Origin: Octopus sinensis
Taxonomy: Eukaryota
Direction of reading: 5' to 3'
Assembly: GCF_006345805.1 (NCBI RefSeq)
Contig: NC_042997.1
Coordinates: forward strand, 197,160,001-197,224,000
DNA: 64,000 bases
Below, in pieces: positions 13,378-27,407 of the stretch. Numbering within the stretch: position 1 is the stretch's first letter; each line of letters opens with the position of its first letter. The notes beneath the pieces are model-generated. The model did no database searches and was not told the DNA's origin. It saw only the letters and a list, made by a program, of their open reading frames with translations. Position numbers and translations under genes: made by a program.

Positions 13378-13462
13378 GGAAGAATAAAGAATAAAGAATA
13401 AAGAATAAAGAATAAAGAATAAAGAATAAAGAATAAAGAATAAACAGGAAGAATAAAGAATA
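13378..13462. repeat. (AAGAATA)n heptanucleotide array
   Basis: About 9 perfect units, flanked by aaacaggaagaat. Confidence 0.95.
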
Positions 13463-13578
13463 TATAAGAAAACAGGAAAGTGGGAAATTTTAGTTATTAT
13501 TTATTCTTCATTACACGCGATTCCTTTGCTAATAGGTATTATAATGTTAGGAATTTCTAATAGCTAATTCCACATATG

Positions 13579-13865
13579 GAGGCGCAATGGCCCAGTGGTT
13601 AGGGCAACGAACTCGCGGTCGGAGGATTTGGGTTTCGATTCCCGGACCGGGTGCTATGTGTGTTTATTGAGCGAAAATACCTAAAGCTCCACGAGTGGCG
13701 ACACCTGTTGTACTCTTTCGCCCCAACTTTCTCTCACTCGCTCTTCTTGTTTCTTGAGTAACGCTGCGATGGACTGGCATCCCGTAAAGCTGGTGGGGAG
13801 GGGGGCACATAAGTCACAGAAACCGCGAAACCGGGCCCATGAGACTGGCTAGGCTTGAAAGGGCG
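13579..13865 (+). mobile_element. tRNA-derived SINE, type C (ggaggcgcaatggcccagtggttaggg)
   Basis: A box tggcccagtggttag, B-box-like gtttcgattccc; reverse partial copy at 31950-32093. Confidence 0.85.
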
Positions 13866-13878
13866 CATATATATATAT

Positions 13879-13942
<64 letters not shown>

Positions 13943-13989
13943 CTATATATATATATATATATATAATAATATATATATATATATCATAT

Positions 13990-14187
13990 GGTGTAGGAGT
14001 GGCTGTGTGGTAAGTACTTGTTTAACCAACCACATGGTTCCGGGTTCATTGTCCCACTGCGTGGCACCTTGGGCACGTGCCTTCTACTATAGCCTCGGGC
14101 TGACCAAAGCCTTGTGAGTGGATTTGGTATACGGACCTGAAAGAAGCTCGTCGTATAAATGTATGTATATATATATATATATATATA

Positions 14188-14219
<32 letters not shown>

Positions 14220-14515
14220 ATATATATATATATTATATATATATATGTGTGTGTGGTGTGTGTGTGTTTGTCTGTGTTTGCCCCCTAGCATTGCTTAACA
14301 ACCGATGCTGGTGTGGTTATATCCCCGTTACTTACCAGATCCAACCAGCGCCGGTCCCTCACGCTCCCTGGGAGAATCCAAAAAATTATGCGCCCCGAAA
14401 ACCGATAGAATAAGTACTGGGCTTAGAAAAGAATAAGTCCTGGGGTCGAGTTGCTCGATTAAAGGCGGTGCTGCAGTATGGCCACAGTCAAATGACTGAA
14501 ACAAGTAAAAGAGTA
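13990..14515 (+). mobile_element. Type A SINE
   Basis: Full head, internal TA/GT run and tail. Confidence 0.92.
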
Positions 14516-15765
14516 TATATGTATGTAGTTGTCATTAATTAGTGAACATCACCAATATCATTGCTGATGATAACATTTCGCTGATGCATTTTGTATACTG
14601 ATTTCTAATATGGACATGTATACAGCATATAATACGATATGTTGAACAACTTGTAACAACTTAGACTATTGAGGCAATATTTAGATAAAACTTCTGAAAA
14701 GATTTGTAAAGTGTAAAGAGGAGAACTGATGAAATATGAAGCAGATAGTGTTAAAAGTTATTTCAATACTGGTACGTTTATAAATCCCATCATGTATATT
14801 TTCTCTTATGCTGTAACTGCTGTTGTCTTGTGGGTAGATCCCTGGAGTGCTGACATATTGTAGTCTATTTTCAAATCATGTTGTAATCGTTTAGTTCAAT
14901 GATGCATCTTGTGTTCTTCGTTATAATTTTGAACGTTTATATCCACTTATAGAAATTTTAGATTCGTGACTGCGAGAGGAAGCAGTGTAATTCCATTTCA
15001 AAGTGCTTTTCTGGGAATATATAAGAAAACTATATCCCATAAAGAACATATTTTGAAGCTAGATTATCGATATTTAATGAAGGATTAGAACGGAGAAGAG
15101 AACTATTCACAAATATATATCGAGCTTGACCGAAATTTTGAAGCCTAAATGTCATCGCGTTCTGAATTCCCTGCATTTAAATTGAATTGTATAAACCAAG
15201 TGCACATGTTCTTGTCAAGCGACTACAGTTATCTCAGAAACCTCTATGAGAGGTCGATCAATAGAATTAAGGAAGTAGAGAAAATGCGTTTTATGATAAA
15301 CACTTCTCTCATTTACGTTTCTGAATATCAATTTGTCGGAGCTGATGCCGTTATCAAAGAAACACTCTAATTTCAACGTACGTTTCACATCCTCGAGATG
15401 ACAAAATAGTCAGGTTCTGCCGAAGAAAGAAATCAATGCTTAGTGAATTGGTGTAAAGTTTAATTTGGAATAAATGGTGTTTACTTAGGCGAGAATCATT
15501 TGGAAACTAGTGATGTATACAGCCTTCGAAAAATATGGCCGACAAAACATCATCCACATTTGCAAAGTGGTATTTATTGGCAATTGTTCGAACAACCAGA
15601 CGTTCATTCTTCTTCTTATTAGCGAAATTTATATGTATTCAGTGATATTGAAAGAAGATTATTTGTACGTGTGTATGTATGTATGTATGTATGTATGTAT
15701 CTATCTATCTCTCCCATTCCATATATATGTATGTAGCATATGTATGTACGCATATTATATGTATA

Positions 15766-15967
15766 GGCGCAGTAGTGGCTGTGTGGCAAGTATCTTGCTA
15801 ACCAACCACATGGTTCTGGGTTCAGTCCCACTGCGTGGCATCTTGGGGAAGTGTTTTCTGCTATAGCCTCGGGCCAACCAAAGCCTGTGAGTGGATTTGG
15901 TAGACGGAAACTGAAAGAAGCTTGTCGTATTATTTATATATATATATATAATATATAATATATATAT

Positions 15968-16008
<41 letters not shown>

Positions 16009-16233
16009 ATGTGTGTTCATATGTTTGTTGTCTGTGTTTGTCCCTCTAGCATTGCTTGACAACCGATGATGGTATGTTTACGTCTCTGTCACTTAGCAGT
16101 TCGGCACAAGAGACCGATAGAATAAGTACTGGGCTTACAAAGAATAAGTCCCGGGGTCGATTTGCTCGACTAAAGGCAGTGCTCCAGCATGGCCGCAGTC
16201 AAATAACTGAAACAAGTAAAATAGTAAAAGAGT
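15766..16233 (+). mobile_element. Type A SINE
   Basis: Full head, internal TA run and tail. Confidence 0.92.
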
Positions 16234-16241
16234 GTATATAT

Positions 16242-16289
<48 letters not shown>

Positions 16290-16556
16290 TACATGAATAT
16301 ATAACATTTATATTATATATACATAATATATATCATATAAACGTATATACGTGTGCGCATATATATAATTAGATATACATATGCATACTTATGTATATCA
16401 GGAGTGGCTGTGTGGTAAGTAGCTTGCTTACCAGCCACATGGTTCCGGGTTCAGTCTCACTGCGTGGCACCTTGGGGAAGTGTCTTCTACCATAGCTTCG
16501 GGCCGACCAACGCCTTGTGAGTGGATTTGGGAGACGGAAACTGAAGAAGCCCGTCG

Positions 16557-16591
<35 letters not shown>

Positions 16592-16747
16592 TATATGTAT
16601 ATATTATATATGTATAATTATATATGTATATATATATATTGTATTATATTATATATATAGTATATTATAATATGTATATATATATATATGTATATATATA
16701 TAGTATATATATATATATTGTATTATATATATATTATATATATATAG

Positions 16748-16816
16748 CACCAGGTGGTGCTATTAAGTTAGATATGGCCTGGGCCAATAATGGCCCGAAA
16801 CCTATCAAAGTATCAA

Positions 16817-16822
<6 letters not shown>
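16748..16822 (+). mobile_element. Very short CR1 3'-tail copy
   Basis: Near-identical to the reverse complement of 17255-17330. Confidence 0.85.
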
Positions 16823-16850
<28 letters not shown>

Positions 16851-16870
16851 ATATATATATAGTATATATA

Positions 16871-16952
<82 letters not shown>

Positions 16953-16956
16953 GTTG

Positions 16957-16991
<35 letters not shown>

Positions 16992-17102
16992 GTATATATA
17001 TATATGTAGATATATTATAATATATATATATATATATTATAAATGTGTGTAATATATTATATATATAATGTATATATATATATGTATTATATATATGTAT
17101 AT

Positions 17103-17133
<31 letters not shown>

Positions 17134-17157
17134 GTATATATATATATGTATATTATG

Positions 17158-17254
<97 letters not shown>

Positions 17255-17255
<1 letters not shown>

Positions 17256-17876
17256 CTTTTTACTTTGATACTTGATAGGTTTCGCCATTATTGGCCCAGG
17301 CCATGTCAACTTAATAGCACCACCTGGTGAAGTCTTTCAAGTCAGAATTTGGCACTATGGCCCACTCAAGTAGAGAGTTATTGTTTACAGAGACATATCC
17401 GGTGTAGGGGGTTTTATCCGGGATTTCTTGAAGGAATCTGTCCAAAGACTTCTTGAACCCTATAGGTCAGTTTCTGTTTTAATGTGTTTTGGGTGTAATG
17501 TTAAAGAGAGCGAGGCCAATTGAGGTGAAATAATTGTGCCGTATTGTTTGTTATGAGATGAGAGTGCGATTTTTGTTTTGGGCGGATGCACGGGGCCCAA
17601 GCCTTGGGTGTACCTTAAGGTGATGCCAACATCATTTGGGCAATGCCGATGGAACATTTTCCACATCATGCAGATGATGTAGCGCTCACGACGACGTTGG
17701 AGAGAATAAGTTTTAGCTTTTCTAGTCGACCCCAATAGTCGAGGCCTGTCATGCCATCTATCTTTTTTGTGATTGCCCTTTGGGTGCTTCAACTTTTTGA
17801 TACCTTGTATTGTGTGGGGAGACCACAGTGGACAACAGTATTCAAGGTGGGGTCGGGCAAAAGTGGAGAAGAGAAG
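17255..17876 (-). mobile_element. 5'-truncated CR1-clade LINE
   Basis: [20 protein letters not shown]...[17 protein letters not shown]...GFKKSLDRFLQEIPD, then a 3' tail. Confidence 0.92.
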
Positions 17877-17892
17877 GATATATATATATATG

Positions 17893-17941
<49 letters not shown>

Positions 17942-17959
17942 TAATGTATATAATAATAT

Positions 17960-17993
<34 letters not shown>

Positions 17994-18030
17994 ATATATA
18001 TATATAGATATATGTATGTATATATATGTA

Positions 18031-18104
<74 letters not shown>

Positions 18105-18544
18105 GCATATATATATATGCATATATATAATAATATATATATATATATATATATAATATAATATATATTATATTATATATGTATATATATATATATGTAT
18201 ATTATATATCTATATATATATATATATATAATATATATATATGTGTGTGTTTGTGTGTCTGTGTTTGTCCCCGCCAACATCGCTTGACAACCCGATGCTG
18301 GTATCTTTACGCCCCCGTCAGTTAGCGGTTCGGCAAAAAAAACCAATAGAATAAGTATTAGGCTTACAAAGTCTAGGGATCGATTTGCTCGACTAAATGC
18401 GGAGCTCCAGCATGAAACAAGTAAAAGAGAATACATATATATGTCTATACACACTAAATCCTCTTACGTACACAAAAATATATACACATGTATGTATGTG
18501 TACCTACATTTAAACATACACATACACACACACACACACATATA

Positions 18545-18580
<36 letters not shown>

Positions 18581-18801
18581 TATTGTATATATATATGTAT
18601 ATATTTTATAAATATATATATAGTATATATGTATATATATATGTATATATATATAAATAGATGCGTTGAGAAACAAGGCACCCACAGACAGGGAAAGAGA
18701 ACGCGGATCTTTAAATTGATTTGAAACTACGAAGTAACACGAAACACACACAAACGCCCGCGCGCGCACCCACCCACTCTCACACACACATACACTCCCT
18801 C

Positions 18802-18845
<44 letters not shown>

Positions 18846-19868
18846 CGTTCGCACAAAAGCAAAGGAAAACAAACCGCTTGCTACAAAACTAACATTTTTT
18901 CGAAGATATAAACGACATACAAATATTTCGTAGTTTATTAAAGATAATCAAAGAAATATTCAGATTTTGCTGGAAATAATCAACGAAAGGACAGCCGAGA
19001 TAACTCAAACACTAATTAGATTAAAGAGGACGATAAAATATAAATGAGTGTTACATTCAAATGATAGTTTCAGTAAACAAACAATATATAAATAAATAAT
19101 TTTACAATTTATAATTCATTTATATCAGTTACATCAATTAGAAGCTACAAATGAAAGACAAGCGGTAGCATTTTAGCGAGTGTAAATCCAATAAGACAAA
19201 ATATTTCTATTGCGTTTCTCTGCTAAAAATATCTAATTTTATTTGCATAATAATAAATTGAAAAGTTGATTGCACTGCATCAGGTTAAGAAAGACGGCTC
19301 GTCCGCTTCTTTAATCGTGGTTTCGCCATTAAGATATTTAAACTGACAAAATAAGTTGACATTTAATGGCTGCCAAGGACGAAATCTGTTCAATTACGCG
19401 TACGAGATATTTAAATTCTTTTTGAAGATATATGATTAAAGCATTTTCAACCATTTATTCATCTAATGATTTTAAGAGGCGTGTGGTGAATCTGCATTTG
19501 TACGAAGTGTGTGTGTGGTGTGTGTGTGTGTGTGTGGCTCACAATTATATTACCATATATTTGAATGGATATCACTCTTCTCTATATAGCCATATAGCCG
19601 TCTGTCTTTCTATCTGTCTGCTTATTTGGCTATTTGTCCGCCTGTCTGTATTTCTCGGTCTCTCCCTGGCGCTATCTCTGTCCATACATATATACATGAT
19701 ATATACATACATACACGCATACATACATATATATATATACATACACGCATACATACATAAAAATATATATATAGAAAGAGAAAAGGGAGACAAAGAAAAA
19801 GGGAGAACAAGCAATATGCAGAGAGTGAGAGAGAGAGAAAGTTAGTGATAAAGAGTCATATACATGAC

Positions 19869-19919
<51 letters not shown>

Positions 19920-20272
19920 TAGTACTACAGTCGTGAGACTGGCACAGGTAGAACATAAAAATTATTCGGCCGGAAATTGAATTATTATAGATGTCACTGT
20001 CTACTTCTTGGTTCCAGGGATATGAGCATCCCAACCAGGATTCCATTTTTGCACAAATACTGCGCAAATAAAAAGAATTCTTGAAGGAAAACTTTCTATT
20101 GACATTAGACATGAATATTCGACAAACACATTCACACACACATAATATATCAATCTCAGAATATCTATATGTGTGCGTGGGCTTGTGTGTGTGGGTGTGC
20201 GTATGCCAGCGGGTGTGTGCTTATGTGTGTGTATGTATACAGCTGTTGAACTATATATATATTTGTATACTC

Positions 20273-20328
<56 letters not shown>

Positions 20329-20458
20329 GAAAAAAATTTATAACATTCTTCAGACATATTGACTCAAATATATATTTTTAAACCTTTTAAAACAAGCCTT
20401 CTGTAGTTTTTTTCACTTTTTACTATTTTCTATATATATATATATATTTTATTCTAAG

Positions 20459-20478
20459 CACTGCTGTAAACAGCGGAA
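20459..20478 (+). CDS. Candidate 20-nt micro-exon D ((V)TAVNSG)
   Basis: tttttattctaag acceptor, gtaagt donor; frame-compatible with candidate C. Confidence 0.27.
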
Positions 20479-21489
20479 GTAAGTTGGAACGTTAAAACCT
20501 AATGCGCATACACTGCAGAGTTCAAGGTCAAATGATAGGTCAATTGGCTAATTGATTGGTATTACGAGGTTACATAGTTTCCAAATATTGGTTTCAAATT
20601 TTGCCATAAAACCCAGTAGCTTTTATCTTGAAAGCGTTCGCCGTTCATATGAGCTCCGGTGCTCAACTGGTCCTTCATTTTATAGAACCACCTCAAGATT
20701 AGAGACCAAGACGATCTCGATGGAATTTTAATACAGAAAGTTGAAGGTCGTAAGAATTACCGCTAAACATCTCACCATACTACAAACCATTTTGTTAAAT
20801 CAACGACTTCTCAATGCAAAATATCCTCAGCAAATTTGATCCTTTATTTAGTTATTTCCTAATTACATTTCATTACAGATGTAAGTTACCAGTATTCAAA
20901 TGATTCCACGTAGATTTTTTCCCTCCAAACCGGTCTCGATAGGAAACGGTTAAATTCCACCGTACCATATGTGGTTAAGATTGAGCCACACACATTCATT
21001 TCTCACCTTTCTTCATTAATTTGTCAACTAGAATTTAGGCAATTTTAATTAGAGTTATTTTGGATAGTATTAATTATATTACGTTTAATCAAAATTAATT
21101 TTTTGATTTCCTTTGATAAAAGCCCAAGGCAAATCATGTCGAGTTATGGATGTGTGCTTGGTTGTGGTCGATTGAATTGTTTCTATTAAAATTAAAATAA
21201 CTAATGTAATTGATATAGTAATTTAATAACATCTAATTTCGTAAACCTCCCATATTGAAACAGTAAAATTAACCTGGTATTGGAATCAAGTACAAGACAT
21301 TCTACTGTACTAACGACTACTGTACTAACAACTATCAAATAACTTAACTAATAATGTAGAAACGTATGAAGTACTCTTGTATGCTTATTAATTTAAATAT
21401 GCATTTAAAGTTCTTACCAAAGCATACATACACCCGCACCCACCCAGACATACACACTCACACCCACGCACTCACACCACACAAATGTG

Positions 21490-21830
21490 CATATATGGAA
21501 AGAGCCATTCAAAGATCCATTGGAATATTCGTTCTCGTAATATCATTAAGAGAACACATTCAAAATGAGATAAATCAAGAACGAAGCAGGGTGGACGATG
21601 GGGTCGCTAAGTATCTAAAGCACGACTTCCGCTGGGTCCAACATCACGGAAGGTTCACAAACAGCAGGTGGATCCTGTTGCCAAGTGATATACAGAAAAT
21701 GGGAAAAGGTTATTTGGAACATCTCAACAACGATAGGAAGACGGTTTAGTCACGCAATTTAGATCAAGATGGAAAACGATGGCGCTATTATGACAAGATT
21801 TGAAACTCATAATGATCAACGGTGTATAAG
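21490..21830 (+). mobile_element. Decayed RTE-clade LINE, ORF C-terminus
   Basis: MERAIQRSIG...SLREHIQNE...RSRVDD...FRWVQHHGRFTNSRW resembles the RTE AMERxMLGISLRDHIRNE...RWAGHVAR...RW pattern. Confidence 0.8.
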
Positions 21831-22005
21831 ACCATCTAATCGTTTGGTCAATAGTGTGATATACCGTCATATGCATAAACACACACACTCACACGCACAC
21901 ACACACACATTTATTTAAGAGACAACATCTATGTATGTGTATGTGTATGTATGTATGAATCTATCAATCTGTCTACCTGTTTGCCTATCTATGTGTACAT
22001 ATATA

Positions 22006-22226
22006 TATTTCTTTATTGCCCACAGGGGAATAAACACAGTAGGGACAAACAAAGGGATTAAGTCGATTGTATCAACCCCAGTGCGTAACTGGTACTTATT
22101 TAATCGACCCCGAAAGGATGAAAGGCAAAGCCGACCTCGGCGGAATTTGAACTCAGAACGTAGCGGCAGACGAAATACTGCTAAGCATTTCACTGAGCGT
22201 GCTAACGTTTCTGCCAGCTCGCCGCT
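22006..22226 (-). mobile_element. Type B SINE
   Basis: Full reverse-complement copy. Confidence 0.92.
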
Positions 22227-22672
22227 TTATGTGTACATATATATATATACACACACAAAGACACTCGCATGCACCAACAGACATACATATAGATGTCCTA
22301 GTCTACGTTTCAATGTTCTAAATTTGATATTTTTGTGTGTGGGTTCACATATAGATATATATATATATACATACACAAGCCATAGACACGAACATAACTA
22401 CACACATACACAGACTCATACACCCATACACGCACATCTGTATATATGTGTGCGAGAGTATGTCTCGCTTCATAACAGGTTCTCAATTAGATAACGCAAT
22501 ACTCGACAACGTACCTTTATAGAAATATAACAAATATTTAGCTTTATGTGTTTCTATCATTTTGAAATATGAATTTCTTCTACACATATCGTACAAACCA
22601 ACCTCCTACACACAAACAAGCACACCAATCACACAACATTGTGTATATACATACATACATATATATATATAT

Positions 22673-22710
<38 letters not shown>

Positions 22711-23026
22711 CATATATACATACATATTATATATATATATATATATTATACATATATACATACATATATATATATATATATCTATTATATATATATACAT
22801 ATATACATAATATATATAGATATATATATATATATACACAGATTTATATACATATATAAATATATATGTTTGTGTTTTTCTGTATATCTAATGTAGTCTA
22901 GGGAATTAAAATAAATTGGTAGAAATCGGTGCTTTTAAGTAATTGCAAAAATTGATGTACGCAACCAGTGCCAAGAGAAGGATTCAGAACTATACCAATT
23001 AGAAACTATATACACACACACTATAT

Positions 23027-23083
<57 letters not shown>

Positions 23084-23630
23084 ACATACACATATGTACA
23101 TATATTCATATATATATATAAAATAAATAAAATAAATAATATATATATACATCCAGACATATACATACATACATATATGCATATCATATTATGGGCACAC
23201 ACACATACACATCGAATACATGATACATTTTTCTTTGAGAAAAATCTCAGTCAGGATATTTCTGTTCCTACAAGCAAAAGACTGTGATATAGAAAAGATG
23301 TAAATAGCCGTCGAACCCGTTCACCAGACAATTTCCATTCCTTATCAAAAACATTAATGTAAATTTTTTACCAAACTTTTAGAAATGCACCGAAAACCAT
23401 ACTTTGTAAAGATCCTATCTTTTTCTATCACAATTTACTATTTTAAGACGCATTTCATATAAACGTGCTCTGTTGCTGTCATTTGCAATTCTTAGCGCAC
23501 TCTCACTTCAACTGTATTTATGTAGCTATAACTTATATAATTTAAATTTATTTAATTTATATTCAAGAGTTGTTTCCCTTATCATTTTTCACCAAAATTG
23601 ATCTTAGAAATATGCAGTTTATAAATATAT

Positions 23631-23820
23631 GAGTGGCTGTGTGGTAAGTAGCATGCTTACCAGCCACATGGTTCCGGGTTCAGTCCCACTGCGTGGCACC
23701 TTGGGCAAGTGTCTTCTACTATAGCCTCGGGCCGACCAAAGCCTTGTGAGTGGATTTGGGGAGACGGAAACTGAAAGAAGCCCGTCGTATATATATACAT
23801 ATATATAATATATAATATAT

Positions 23821-23852
<32 letters not shown>

Positions 23853-24095
23853 GTGTGTTTGTGTGTGTGTGTGAGTTTGTATGTCTATGTTTGTTCCCGC
23901 AACATCGCTTGACAACCGATGCTGGTGTGTTTACGTCCCCGTAACATAGCGGTTCGGCAAAAGAGACCGATAGAACAAGTCCTAGGCTTACAAAGAATAA
24001 GTCCCGGGTCGATTTGCTCGACTAAAGACGGTGCTCCAGCATGGCCACAATCAAATGACTGAAACAAGTGAAAGAGTAAAAAGAGTAAAGAGTAT
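23631..24095 (+). mobile_element. Type A SINE
   Basis: Near-full copy. Confidence 0.92.
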
Positions 24096-25133
24096 AGAGA
24101 GAGACAAACCCAAGTACACATTTATATTAGGACTTTATTTGTACTTGTTTGATAGATAGACAAACAAATACATACATACATACGAACATACATATTCCAA
24201 CTGTATATAGGGTCTTTGAAGATTTGGGAGCTTAGATATGTGTTTCTGTTGTGATATTAACACTATACCATGATATTCAACCGATAACAATTTGGGAACC
24301 AATATTTTCAATAACATACGCGCACATGCGCACGACGCCAACACCTACGCGCACACACACGCATACACAAACACCAACACCTATGTATACATATACACAG
24401 ACATAATACAATAAATCAATATTTTATTACTTTGGTAGGGTATGTGTATATTTTATTGATTATTTTGAATATAATGAATTTGCTGATAGTTCGGATATTC
24501 GTACTATCTGCAGTATTTTAATATTAATATTCCTCTCGGGGCGTTAACCCTGCCGTATGACCGATAGTTTTTCTAGCACACTTTTGAGAATACTAAAATG
24601 GATACAGCAGTTATTTGTCATTGTATAAATTCAGGTTTAAATAAACGTGTAGCTTTTAACGATTTCTTTTAAAATAATTCATTGCGTAAGTCATGCTAAC
24701 CAAGGGAAATAAGTCGACAGCAACCTAGCTTGGGTGATAGCTTAGTTTCGGCACATGAAATGGACTTCCCAATCTTTAAGTAAGAAATTTTTTACTATTT
24801 CCTTGAATCTTTCGTGGAGCCACTCAATAGTGAGGGCTATTTCATGCAATTCAAGTTCTTGTTGCTATATTTCCTTAAACAAAACCAGACTTGATAGAGC
24901 AGGTGTATTCTCAAAGGCATTTTATCTATGACCATCGTGTAAGGTTCTATATGTAGAACTTCATTGCTCGAAAGCGTACTCTGATACTTATTACGATAAG
25001 GATTTATCAAAGGAATTTAGGCTACTATATCTAGCGGATTGAAGTAGCGCAACTTTGGAGGTTGCTCACTAATTTGAATAGTTGTGAAAATTTTCTTCTT
25101 TAAAATATATTGGAAGAATATCACGAACACAAG

Positions 25134-25342
25134 GCAGCGAGCTGGCAGAAACGTTAGCACGCCGGGCAAAATACTAAGCGGTATTTCGTCTGCCGTTTTC
25201 GTTCTGAGTTCAAATTCCGCCGAGGTTGACTTTGTCTTTCATGCTTTCAGGGTCGATAAATTAAGTACCAGCTTTGTACGGGGGTCGATCTAATCGACTG
25301 TCCCCTTCCCCCAAAAATTCGGGCTTGTGCCTAGAGTAGAAA
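25134..25342 (+). mobile_element. Type B SINE
   Basis: Full head to tail. Confidence 0.9.
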
Positions 25343-25469
25343 ATTGTGTTTAGTTTAATGACTCATCAGTGTAAACAGTTAGTTATTTGTTGCTCTAAGT
25401 GTCGGGAAGACACTCCAAAAAAATGGAAATAAAACAACAATAATAATAATATCAACAACAACAACGATA

Positions 25470-25683
25470 ATCCTTTCTACTATAGGCGCAAGGCCCGAAT
25501 TTGTGGGGAGGGGACCAGTCGATTAGATCAACCCCAGTACGCAACAGATTGTTAATTTATCGACCGCGAAAAGATGAAAGGCAAAATGGACCTCGGTGGA
25601 ATTTGAACTCAGAACGTAGCGGCAGACAAAATACTACTAAGCATTTCGCCCGGCCTGCTAACGATTCTGCCAGCTCGCCGCTT
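25470..25683 (-). mobile_element. Type B SINE within AAT/AAC repeats
   Basis: Reverse-complement copy with triplet runs on both sides. Confidence 0.9.
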
Positions 25684-26254
25684 TTACAACAACAACAATA
25701 ATAATAATAATAATGCTGGTAATAATAATAATAATGCTTGTTATTCCACCAGTTATATATTACTAAATTGATTTCTTTATCCAAGATAAACTACACCCGA
25801 TTACTTCGAATGCAGTTTATTTTAATGGCGGTTGCTGTATCGTTTATTGAAGAACTAAATATATATTCATTTTTTATTGAATCTGAATTAAAACATGCGA
25901 AATATTCAGCTAGATATTCGTAATGCGAATCTCTGATAGGGACAGCTATTATTATTATTTTTTTTGTTTTTTTCATTGGAATGCTGAAATAAAATAAGTG
26001 GAACAATGCGTTTATTTTTGGTTCACTATCATCTGGGGGCCATTTCATAAGAGTTTATATATAACGAGTATTAGTGTCTCTCCTCCAAGACTGGTATATC
26101 TTGGCAAACCATGATTTACACAAGCAGACATACGTATCCAGGTCGATCCATCGATTCATCCATCCGTCCATACATTCACACACACACATATATACGTATT
26201 CACACACGTACATGTTTATAAACATATAAGTATATGTATTTATATAAATTTATA

Positions 26255-26399
26255 TATATATACACGTATGTGTCGATGTATGTATATATATATGTATATA
26301 TACACATATGTGTCGATGTATATATATATATATATATACATATATGTTATACATAATATATATGTATATATACACGTATGTGTCGATGTGTATATATAT

Positions 26400-26456
<57 letters not shown>

Positions 26457-26470
26457 GTATATGTCGATGG
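26255..26470. repeat. Minisatellite: four copies of acacgtatgtgtcgatgta separated by (TA)n
   Basis: Motif at ~26261, ~26303, ~26372 and ~26452. Confidence 0.8.
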
Positions 26471-27407
26471 GTAAATACATATATATTATACATATATACC
26501 TTTATATATATACAAAGATTATATATATCTTTTTGTATGTATGTATGTATGTATGTATGTATGTATGTATACGCTAGATTCTGACATGGCCTGGAATTTA
26601 ATTATACTACAATGTCGCTGTTCCAGACGAAGAGACAAACTATACTTTTAGAATCTGTTTTTGTCGGTATAACGATTTTATTTTGCTAATTTAGGTTTCG
26701 TATCTGAAATAATATTGCTGCACGAACGAAGTAAAAAAAAAAAAGGCTAAAAAATGGTTAGGACAATTAGAAGATAACTATGTCAGCGAATTAAACAGGA
26801 TGAATACTCTTCTTTTAATATATTTAATCCAGTCGGTTTCACAGTTATCGTCAAAACTGTATGACAAAGTGTAAATTATAACTCCGGCTAGTTCTTGTAA
26901 TAATTGTAATTAGAGTTGTTATATTTGAGAAGCTAGTAGTGATTAATAAGAATGAGAATGTTCACAGGTTTAGCATGCACGTATGTGCGACGAAAAGGAC
27001 TTGCTTAGTGGACATATTTACTAAGTTTCTATGAACCTAGTTATACGTATCTACATATGTATGAATATATGTACACACCCACACACATATGTATATATGT
27101 ATATACACATGTATATATACATATATCTATATGCATATATATATGTATATATGCATATACAAATGTATATATACATATATTTACATGCATATATATATAT
27201 GTATATCTATATGCATATATATATAATGTATGTATATATATATATATATGCATATATATATATAATGTAGGTATGTATATATATATATGCATATATATAT
27301 ATAGGGTGTACATATATAATGGTATTTGTATATATATATATATATAGGGTGTACATATATATATATATACATATATATATTCTATTAGTTTCAGTGTTTT
27401 GACGGCG

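Larger units (their letters stand above)
16399..18432 (+). mobile_element. Type A SINE split by insertions: 5' half 16399-16556, 3' half 18241-18432
   Basis: The 5' half stops at gaagcccgtcg, where the internal (TA)n always starts; the 3' half resumes at gtgtgtttgtgtgtctgtgtttgtcccc. Confidence 0.8.

Noticed and set aside
14729-14863. NPIMY GPCR TM7-like motif
   Set aside because: 45-codon ORF with no other helices or convincing splice sites
15000-15140. LERRRE-like CR1 motif
   Set aside because: Too short and decayed to annotate
17460-18122. 220-aa ORF as an intact gene
   Set aside because: N-terminus is (TA)n; the remainder is a frameshifted CR1 ORF2 fragment
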